A stretch of 64,000 nucleotides of DNA from the human T2T-CHM13v2.0 reference genome, Homo sapiens. Below, in pieces: positions 53,556 through 64,000 of the stretch (within the stretch, counting starts at the first letter, position 1; each line of letters opens with the position of its first letter). The position numbers and the translations under genes were made by a program. The notes beneath the pieces are model-generated. The model saw nothing but the letters and a program-made list of their open reading frames with translations. It was not told the DNA's origin and made no database searches. Location: assembly GCF_009914755.1 (NCBI RefSeq), contig NC_060940.1. One strand, given 5' to 3'.

Positions 53556-55844
53556 GCCTCAAGCGATCCTCCCACGTTGGTCTCCCACAGTTCTGGCATT
53601 CTAGGTGTGAGCCACTGTGCCTGCCCTCAAGGAACTTGAATACTGTGCTTTTCAACATATGAGACAATTTGCAATTAGGAATTAGATATGTTTGTTAATT
53701 GTATGTATGCATTTTGGTATATTTCTTGTGATGATTGATATTTTATCTCATTTTAGAGGCAGATTGTATAGAATAAATTGAAATTTGCCTAGTGATGGTG
53801 GAAAGCTTTGCATCTCTTTTAGGGGTGATTAGCTATGCTTACAATAAAACTGTGCATATATATATTTGGAACATCCTTATAATAAAAAAATAAGCAACCT
53901 ACATGTCCAACAATAAAATAGTGTTTATATGAATTATGGCATACCATAGAATATTATGCTGTGATTAAACATGGTATTCCCAAAATATAAAATGAAAAAA
54001 TGAGGACATAAGACTGTTTAATATGTATCTGGCTGGGTGCAGCAGCTCATGCCTGTAATCCCAGCAATTTGGGAGGCTAGGCAGGAGGACTGCTTGAGCC
54101 CAAAAGTTGGAGACCAGCCTGGGCAACATGGCAGAACCTTACCAAAATAATACAAAAATTAGCCAGGTGTGCTGGCTCGTGCCTGTGGTCCCAGTTACTC
54201 GAGAGGCTGAGGTGGAAGGACCCCTTGAGCCCAGGAGGCAGAGGTGCATTGAGAGCCATGTTCATGCCACTGCACTCCAGCCTGGGTGACAGAGTGAGAC
54301 CCTGTCTCAAAAAAACAAAAAACAAAAACTGTATAATATAAATCTAACTCTGTAAAGTTTTTAAAAATGTACTTATGTAAATAGAGAAAACAACTAAGTA
54401 AAGATATTGAAATGTTGACGGTAATTAGTGATGGGATTATAGGTGACTTTTATTTTTTAAACAGTCTTTCATAGATTTTTCCAAAATGTCTATAAATTAA
54501 CAAATATTATTTTTCTATAATTAAAAAATACTTTAAAATACAGTTTCTTTAATGGTGGAGTTTAAATGATATCCAAAATAGACCTGCCCAGTTTTATTTT
54601 GGAGCAAATAAATTTGACAATTAGAACAATTGCAATGTATGTTTTTATTTTTATTTTATTTTTACTTTTATTTTTTCTAAAGACAAGGTCTTGCTCTGTC
54701 ACTCAGGCTGCATAATCATAGCTCACTGCAGCCTCAAACTCCTGGGCTCAAGCGATCCTGCTGCCTTAACCTCCCAAGCAGCTAGGACTACAGGCGCATG
54801 CCACCAGGCCCAGCTACTTTTAAAAATTTTTGTAGAGACAGGATTTTGCTATGTTGCCCAGGCTGGTCATGAACTTTTGGCCTCAAGCAATCCTCACTGC
54901 CCCACCTCCCAAAATACTGGGATTACAGATGTGAGCCACCACACTTGGCTTCAATGTATGTCTAAATAGTCATACAAACCTTTAAGTAAAGGAAATTTTT
55001 TTAACTTTTTTTTTTTTTTTTAAAGACAGGGTCTTGCTTTGTTGCCTAGGAGTGCAGTGGCTCTTCACAGGTGTGATCACAGTGCACTCTGGCCTAGAAC
55101 TCCTGGCTTCAAGCCATCCTCTCTTCTTGCCTCAGCCTCCTGAGTAGCTGAGAATACAGGCAGGTGCTACCATACCCAGCTTAAGTTAAGGAAATTTTGA
55201 GTCACCTTTGTCCTGGTTTAGCCATAGTTCTTAATGTTAAAAAAGAACTTTATTTCTGGTGCCAAAGTATCACCACAGTTTTTACTGATTTGTTCTTATA
55301 TGCTTTCACCTCTGGAATATAAAATAAGTTAGGAGCAAAATATATGTAATGGAATGCTGTACGTAGGGAGAAAATTGGGTTGACCATAACCCCTGAAAAA
55401 GAAAAATAATGCATCTCTCATTTGTAGCAGCAGTAAATTGAACAAATGCTTTGCTTTGTTTCCCACTTACAATATTAAAGAAGACATTTGATAAGTCATG
55501 GCACACACTCCTTTCCTGATCTTTTTCCTAACACTCCTCTCCTTGTGAATGTTTACCTTTCACTCTGCTGAGTGTCTGTATCTTTTTTTTACCCTCTAAC
55601 ATTAACCCATCTCCTTGTCACTAGAAGGGAAGCAGATGTGAGCATAGCTGTTCCATAGTACCACTTTCCCCATCTATATGACTACCACAGAAACAATCAT
55701 GTTCTTATAGAACTCTGCTGCCCCCATCTCTGTTGTTTGGCCCAGGGGTTGGGGACACCACACAAACCATGTCAAAGACTTCTAGACTTTTCCTCTGGTA
55801 GGGGAGACTTTAGATGCAAATATTGGAAACTGTTATTATTCGTT

Positions 55845-56319
55845 GTTGTAGTTGAATTATGTCTCCTGCAAAAAGGTATGTTGAAGTCCTAGCCCCCAGT
55901 ACCTCAGAATGTGACCTTATTTGGAAATAGGGTGTTTATACATGTAATCAAGTTACAATGAGGTCATTAGAGTAGGCCCTAATCAATAGGACTGGTGTCC
56001 TTATATAATAAAAAAGGGAAATTTAGACTCAGAGACAGACACACACAGAAGGAAGACCATGCGAAGAGATACAGGGAGGAGATGGTTATGTGACTGGAGT
56101 AACGCATCTAAAAGCCACTGGCTGTCAAGGATTGCCCACAAACATGGGAAGCTGGGAGAGGCCAGAAAGGATTCTCCCCGAGAGTCCTCTGAGTGGGCAT
56201 GCCCTGCCAACTCCTTGAGCTTGGACTTCTAACCTCCAGAATTGTAAGACAATAGATTTCTGTTGTTTTAAGACAACTCGTTTTTAGTGTGTTGTTATAG
56301 CAGCCCTAGAAAATAATAC
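55845..56319 (+). mobile_element. MLT1-type MaLR LTR
   Basis: gttgaagtcctagcccccagtacctcagaatgtgaccttatttggaaataggg...gcagccctagaaaataatac. Confidence 0.85.
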
Positions 56320-59300
56320 TGTGTTGTGTGTGTGTGTGTTTTTTTTTTCTCATCATATGGAGTGGAGAGAACTAGTGAGAGTATGCAGGTTTTTTTTTTT
56401 TTTTGAGAGAAGAGTCACAGTGAGTCTGATAGCTTTTGAATCTTGGTTTTGAGTCCTTTCTGAGACCTAAATGCATGACTGTCCTTTCTGTGTATTGGTT
56501 ATTCAATCTTTTCTTGGATTACATGAACTGATTATCAGTTTTTGTGAGGGTGGAGTGTCTAAGTTGATTGAGTTGGATTTCTGGCACTTTTCTGGCACTT
56601 GCAATGAGAAATAGCTAATGAATCCTGAGTATCTAAGCAGCCTAGGAACGTGATATTTTCTAATACAAATGACATAAAACTTTTTTAGGTGTTGTATTAC
56701 CTGAAGGCCAAAGTTCTCCTTTTCTAACACTATGACACATTGGTATATTTAATTCCTCACATAAAACAGGAAAAAATTACTTGAAGAATATACAGCTTTT
56801 ATTATAAGGATGCAGGCAGGTCTCATGCATCTGAGCTTTTTATTTATTTGTTAATGTTCATTCATGTTGTCTTTTTTTCAATTGGAACCACCAAAACTTA
56901 AGAAAAAATTATGGGAGAAATAAATTTTAGTTTAATGATTGAACAACTGCTATGTTCAGGCACTGAGCTAGGTGTTATGTTACAACTGTGAGCAGGACTA
57001 AATCCTTGCCTTGGAGGAGTTTATAACCTAGTAGGGGAAAAAGAGAAGTAAACAGAGTGCCAGGTGTTGTGGTGTGAGCCTGTAGTCCTTGGAGCTGAGG
57101 TGGGAGGATGGCTTTAGCTCAGGAATTTGAGGCCATGGTGCACTATGATCAGGATTGAGAATAGTCACTGCACTCCAGCCTGGGTAACATAGCAAGACAC
57201 TGTCTCTGAAAAAAAAAACACAAAAAACAAAATTAAAACAGGTAATCAAAATACAGTGACTAGGTTGTAGCATGACTAGATTATGGAGTGCAAGGGATGA
57301 AATTTTTGAGATAAAAGAGATAGATCAAGAAATGCCTTTCATGCCACATAAAAGAGTTTTGTTTAGACCAATGGCAGTGGGAGTAGGTTTTGAGCAGCAG
57401 GGTGAGAAAGGTAGGACTGAGCCTTTGAAAGTTCTAGTGCTTTAGAAGAGGCTCAGCATTTCAGTTAGGAAGACTGTGTGTAACATAGGTTTGAGATGGT
57501 AGTGGTCTCCTCCCCCAGGATGGTGGTGATAGAGATGGAGGGGAGTGGACTGGTTCAGGGAAAATTATTAATAGGAGTTGAAATTGACAGGCTTGGTCAT
57601 GGGTGGTTGTGAGGGAGAGAAAGTCAGGTGTCTGGCTGAGGAGCTTTGCTGGATGGAAGTGCTATTTGCTGAGGCAGCAGACAGGAAGGGGAGTGGTTTG
57701 GGAAAGAGTGGGGGATGATGGGAGCATTGCTGAATGTGATGGGCTGTAGGACCAGCAGTGGGGATGTACACAAGAGTTGGCTATATATCATTGGTGCTCA
57801 GTGGAGGGGCCAGAGGATTTGAATATAGTTAATAATTAAAAATGCGGATGTGATTACCAAGGGAGTACATATTATGTAAGAAAATCAAACAATGAGGACG
57901 CATCTCTGAGAAACTCCAACCATTCTGAAAAACTCCAAAAGACCATTCTTGGTAACTGTGCCAAGTGAATGGCCTGGTCTCTGAAACTCTACGCTCAGAC
58001 ACAGGTCATCCTGGAGAGTGGTGTCCTTCTGGATTGTCACATACCCTGTGAGTGAAGCATGTGTTACAACAATAATGGAAAATATGCAAATGAGAAAAAA
58101 AGTTTCTCAGTGCCCCACCACCCTAAATTCTGGCTCCACCCCTATTTGTTTTCTCATATTTGTCTGAATTTCTCCAAGGAGCCCATAATCAATGCTGGGT
58201 CATTCCTGGAGTCTTGACGGTCACCAGGATTCACCTTTGGCTTTTGTTTCAGTCCAGAAGTAAGAGTTAGTGTCACGTGTGAGGCAAACACATGCTGCAA
58301 CTTGTTTGAGGGACCACTGAGATTTCAAGTTGAGGAAAAGCCTTCTGGTACATGAGGTCGATTGTACAATGAATATGAATATTGAACATTCCTGCCAGCA
58401 GTCTGCAGACTTCTGATTTCAGGCCCCTGCAAACTGTTATTTCCTGGGCTTGTTTTTAAAAGCAGAGCCCAAATTTATTTCTGAGAAAGGACAGAATTAA
58501 AATTCAGCAGATAATTGTTCATGCTGTATAAATAAATTCCTCTTCAGAGAGTGAAGGAATCCTTTTTCTCAGGGACCACAGGACCGCTTATAATGACTGT
58601 TTTCCTCACATCAAGAGCTCAGTCTTTGTGGCACCTTGACTTTTTTTGGAGGGGGCAACCAGTAACTGTTGTGTAAATGTATGTCATATACATTAATTTT
58701 TACCATGAAATCTGAATGCTTGGGGATATACAAGTAAATGTTTCTTGACATATGATTTCCCTAAAGTGAATGTAAAAATGCCCTGATCTTGAATTGAAAA
58801 ACAGAACATGTGGTTAAACTAGCAAAGACAGAAAACACTATAGTAAATATTGTCATTCAATGATCAGCTAAACTAAAGCTGATTATTGAAGGTTTCTCAT
58901 TATTTTGTGCTTACTTCCTATCTCTCCCCATTTCTTGTAGTTTTAGAATTCCAGATTCTCTTATGTATTATCATGTTGGGGGTCTACTTTGATCAAGAAT
59001 AGCATTTTTTAATATACTATTCCTCTGAACAATATAGGCAGCCCCTATTTTGTATTGATCTATTACTCTGACACTACTTTAAACAGACAAATAAGCAAAC
59101 ATTCTGATTCCTTTAGGGGCCTTTTATCAGATTTTGGTGGGACTCTTGCAACAAATAGCTGATGTAACTCAGTTAGTTTGGACCCTGCTAAACTTGTGGA
59201 AATATCTCTGAGGCTAGCAGGCTTCTGGCCACCAGGTACTTTTAGAAACTAAGTTGTAACACTCAGTGACAGTGTTTATTCCCATGGAAATAATGTAATA

Positions 59301-60637
59301 ATTAAAGATTGAATTCCTTGGACAGGGATATTTGGCCGGATACTTAATGATATCATTAAATAAAAAACACAGCAGCACAAGTTTCTAAACCAATAAAAAA
59401 AAAATAGTAAAACTGTTTTCTAGCTTCTTTAAAATGGGCTTACTATATTGTTACTTTGATTTTAGCAGGGACCCTAACGATTGACAAAATGTACTCATAG
59501 TACATGAAAATACAACTCCACTGTGGTGTAAATTTGCTCTAAAACTGATATGCTGGTGATAATAAACATTACGCATTTAACTAACAACAATTTTGCTTCG
59601 TTTGCAGAATTTAGAAAAGCTTTTTGGTAGCATTTTGGAAGGCTCAGATTTCTTTAAGACATCTGTCTAGGGAAATTTGAACTAATTTCTCTTCTATTTC
59701 CCTCTTGTAAAAATTCCCATTAGCAAGCAAATGCATTCAAAACCATTCCATTGATCTTATAACTGTGTTTTATAACAATAGCCATGAGCTTTTCCTTTCT
59801 ATCCTGTGGGCTGAAAGCACTGCAGTGGGGTGTCTGAATGGCACACAGGAACCAGGGGAACTGGGAAGTGACGGGCAGCCAGCTTTGAGAGGGACCCCGG
59901 TCTGTCTTTCTAGCACAGCAAATGTCAGGGGAAAGGGATTTGGCTTCACCCTTTTTGTTTTCTGACCCTGTTTCCAGGAAGACTTTGTAAAAGTTGAAGA
60001 CTGCCAGGAACTTATTTAAAACTATAATGGAAGTTTTAAAATGATCACAAAATGCCAGTTTCATGACAGCTTCATGACAAAATCAGTTTGGCCTTCTTCT
60101 CCAAAAACCAAAGAATTCCTGTGAAGCAAATCACCCACCCCAAATTCAGTCACATCCCATATTTACATTTCTCCCAGTACCTTCTGGTCCTATCAGTTCA
60201 ATGTCATGCTGAGGATATAAAGGCCCAGGGACAAATGTGGCAGGGGATGGGTTCAATTTATCTGATGCAACCCTGCTGAAATTGTCTTTTTCTACAGACA
60301 TTTTATCAAGTCATAGGAGAGTTTAACTTTCTCTCTTTTCTAATTAGTTCTATGAACTTATCTATTTTCCTCATATTTTCTAACCCAGTCCTAGAGAGAA
60401 ATTTGACCTTTATAATGACTACAATATATCAAGTACTTATGATATGCCAGGTAAAATGCTAAATATTACATGTATTATTATAATTATTTGAGACAGGGTC
60501 TCACTCCTGTCTCCCAGACTGGAGTGTAGTGGTGCCATCTTGGCTCACAGCAGCCTCAAATTTCAAAGTTCAGGTGATCCTCCCACCTCAGCCCCCTGAG
60601 TAGCTGGGACTACAGGCAAGTGCCACCATGCCTGGCT

Positions 60638-60638
<1 letters not shown>

Positions 60639-60676
<38 letters not shown>
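60639..60676. repeat. (GT)19 microsatellite in an Alu middle linker
   Basis: Direct reading. Confidence 0.92.
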
Positions 60677-60678
<2 letters not shown>

Positions 60679-61087
60679 TTTTGGTAGAGATGGGGTTTCA
60701 CCATGTTGCTAGGGTGGTCAAACTCCTGGGCTCAAGCGATCCACTCACCTCAGCCTCCCAAAGTGCTGGGATTACAGGCGCGAGCCACTGTGTCTGGTCT
60801 GTGATACTTATTATTGCATTGAATCCCCAAGTAAGTTAGAGATTCTTAGTCTCTCTACAGTTAAGGAAACCAAGGCTCAGCAGGATCATACAGCAAGATT
60901 TCCCCTGATTGCATGGCTAGTAAGTGTTGAGGCTGAGATTCTAACTGAGGTCTATCTCATGGAAAACCCATGCTCACAGCCACTGTGCTGTGTGCTCCTC
61001 CTGTCTGGATGTGGTCCTTGTCTGGGTACCTCAGTGTTTGCATGAGGCACCTCTGGCTTCTGAGATGTAGACAGAAACATCTAGATA

Positions 61088-61130
61088 TTAGGTTGATGCA
61101 AAAGTAATTTCAGTTTTTGCCATTAAAAGT
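61088..61130 (+). mobile_element. Half MADE1 (Hsmar1 mariner TIR), left arm of the inverted duplication
   Basis: TA + TTAGGTTGATGCAAAAGTAATTTCAGTTTTTGCCATTAAAAGT. Confidence 0.9.
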
Positions 61131-61930
61131 ATGTTTAAGAATTAACATCCCAAATGAAAGGTACTTGAAGTTTAAGCCACTCTGAATACTAATAAGATAC
61201 ATAGTGTAGTAGTAACGTATGCCTGAGACCCAGCCTAATATTCTTCTTTGAATTCACACTTAACACTCACACAACCAATTTTATTGAAGCTCTCTTTGTG
61301 CAAGAAAGTCCACTTTGAAACTAGAGTTCTCCAGGGAAACAAAAGCCTCCTTAGAAACAATGTTGGAGTCTGGATTGCTGTGGAAGAAGCTTAAAAAGCT
61401 TGAGTCCCTTCCACTTCTATTCTTGAATGGGTTTTGGCCCCAGCTGGTTCAGAAATTCTTTATCCTCATTTAGATTCTCTAAGGGAGTGGCTCATTCCAG
61501 CCCAGCACAGCCTCATTCTGCCCATAGCAGGTTTCCACCCTGGCTCTGCTCCCCCACAGGGTGAGCACCAGGAGGGGACAGCTGCTGGGCCCACTTTGCA
61601 TAGGGGCATGTATGACCCAGGCAGGGCAGACTCTCTGCGGAAAAACCTCAGGGCTGCTTTCTGGCTTTAGTCATATTCTTTAGATGAAACTTGTGGGTGT
61701 TACTAAGACATTCTGTGCCCTGAAATTGGAAGTGGTTTTGAAAACTGGTCTCAACTATTAGATTCCGAACAACTAAGCTTCCACATTCAATGACAGTTAT
61801 ATGCAGCAAAGAAGTCTTTCTCATTGCCTGTTTTTCCATCCTTCTGTGTGCAAACACTATGTATCTTATTAGTATTTAGAGTGGCTTAAACTTCTAGTAC
61901 CTTTCATTAGGGATGTTAATTCTTAAATAC

Positions 61931-61973
61931 ACTTTTAATGGCAAAAACCGCAATTACTTTTGCACCAACCTAA
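61931..61973 (-). mobile_element. Half MADE1 (Hsmar1 mariner TIR), right arm of the inverted duplication
   Basis: ACTTTTAATGGCAAAAACCGCAATTACTTTTGCACCAACCTAA matches the recalled MADE1 consensus. Confidence 0.92.
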
Positions 61974-62340
61974 AACCTAGATGTTTCTGTCTACATAGTT
62001 AGATAGTGAGTGGAGGCAGTGCAAGAGATGTCAGTTTTGCAGCTTGCTTTTCTTCAGTTCCTCGCATCAGATTCTGTTCTCTGTTCTGATTCTCTTTTCA
62101 GACACCTGTTTCTCCTCGTTTTCTAGTTTCTGGTAGTATTACCTCAGAATCTAGAGCTAACCCCCAAGTGCTCCTTGGCTGAAAGCACTTTAATATCTAA
62201 TGGATGATAACAGGATCTAACATGGAGTTGTGGGGAAATCATGGACACAGGATTTATTTATTTAATAAATATATTTATTGTCACTACATGGAGAGTACAC
62301 CATACTCACTTCTGGATGAGTGGGGAAACTGCTGATATGA

Positions 62341-62640
<300 letters not shown>

Positions 62641-64000
62641 TGAACTTAAGGGATCTGCCTACCCTGGCTTCCCAAAGTGCTGGGATTACAGGCGTGAGCC
62701 ACCGTGTTCAGCCTGCTTCCTTTTTTAAAACCAATTTTTTCCTATGCTGGTATTCAAGGAAATGTTAGTAAGCATACAGTAAAAGGTGCTCAAAGTGCAC
62801 ATAAACCTGGGACATGTTGGAGTTAAATGAAACTAAATAGTTTTCTTAGCTGCAGGCTGCCCAGAGCCTGCAATGTGTGAATGTGTGTCATAATTGTTCA
62901 CAAAGGTCTCCATCATGTTAAGCATTTCCTAATTATTTGACCATAGAACTTCTTTTTTCATGGCAAGTCTACTAATAGCTCCTAGAACAGAGTTCCAACG
63001 ATCATTATGTGATGAACACTGAAGGCCTTTTTCAAAAGCTTTGAAGGTTCTTGTCAAAAGTACATGCATTATCCAAGAGAGGAAATGCAATTGACCACCA
63101 CTATCCCAGAATAAGTTGGCTGAAATTAGCTAATCTCACTTAGCAAGGCCTGAGCAACAGCTTCCTCTGTCTTGAGTTTGAATCCCTGTCTGTCATTTCT
63201 GCATGATCTATGCTAATTTTTGACCCCACTGGTCCTCTTTCTTGCCCTACAATTTATCCTCCCTAACTGACATGGATAGAGTGGGCATCAGAGATAATGT
63301 TTTCCAGGCTCCAGCAAGAGCCACCCTTTCAGCCCCCGGTCCCAACAACGAAACACTGTAAGAAGGTTTGTCTATGTCAGGCATTCTCTGGCTTACAAGG
63401 AGAAAAGATTTTCCTTCCTAACCTAACTGAACTTAATCCTGAACTTAATCCTGAAATATTCTCATCGCTTTTTCACCTCTGAAAAATGTGACCTTAATCA
63501 AACTTGACTGCTAAATATTGGACAGGGTGAGAGCCACAGAGAATCAAAAGGATACATGCTGAAAGGTAGTGTGTATGTGTATTAAACTTTCCTGAGCAAT
63601 TTCAAAGAGGTAGTAGTTGTGTGAAGGGTAGAATATTTGTACCATGATTTGGATTTTGTAGAAATCTTTTCAGTCAGCAATGAAGGCAAACTGGTCATAG
63701 AAGTCCTACCCACCCTTCTATCTCAACCAACTTCGAAGGCATGGAGACAGGTAATTAAGACATCACCTGGGGCTCTACTTGTCAGATCCCCAAATGAACT
63801 TTCACAATTAAGTTCTTTAAGATCATTTGGGTATTATGCCTTATGTTTATTTAGCTCTTTAGAGTTTGTCAAATACTTTCACATAACTTATCCAAACTGA
63901 TTTAAAAAATTATTTGTATTTTACTTTTTAAATTAATTAATTCATTTTGGTCTGGTAATGTCACAAAAAATTATTTTTAGAACGATTTTAGGTTTACATA

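Larger units (their letters stand above)
61065..61996. repeat. Long inverted repeat: 143-bp arms, 646-bp spacer
   Basis: Manual alignment of 61065-61207 against the reverse complement of 61854-61996 is gapless with 10 mismatches. Confidence 0.95.

Noticed and set aside
57900-60400. Repeat-poor unique stretch, possible enhancer or exon
   Set aside because: No recognisable motif or coding signal; it cannot be supported without conservation or chromatin data.
61088-61973. Autonomous or internally deleted Hsmar1 transposon
   Set aside because: I could recognise no transposase-like sequence in the interior, and the inverted homology extends outside the TIRs.

Overview
Primate (very likely human) genomic DNA. 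Bases ~1-41.6 kb hold an unprocessed, intron-containing duplicate of rhophilin-2 (RHPN2-like) on the + strand, buried in very dense Alu sequence. Eleven exons match RHPN2 exons 5-15 (residues ~131-686, using the protein sequence recalled from memory). All splice sites are canonical GT-AG and there is no frameshift, but there are two nonsense codons (26440-26442 and 28492-28494), a one-codon deletion and many CpG-type missense changes, so this is a duplicated pseudogene (RHPN2P1-like). The copy ends abruptly inside an Alu stub at ~41576. Beyond that the sequence is AT-richer and Alu-poorer with no recognisable gene, which suggests a segmental-duplication junction. The most unusual structure is a gapless 143-bp inverted duplication (61065-61207 / 61854-61996, 93% identical) in which each arm carries half of a MADE1/Hsmar1 element. 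Other notable items are solo LTRs with TSDs, a 3x50-bp TATA-containing minisatellite, trimeric Alus, a fold-back Alu and a ~650-bp polypyrimidine tract. Nearly all ORFs in the supplied track are Alu or low-complexity artefacts.
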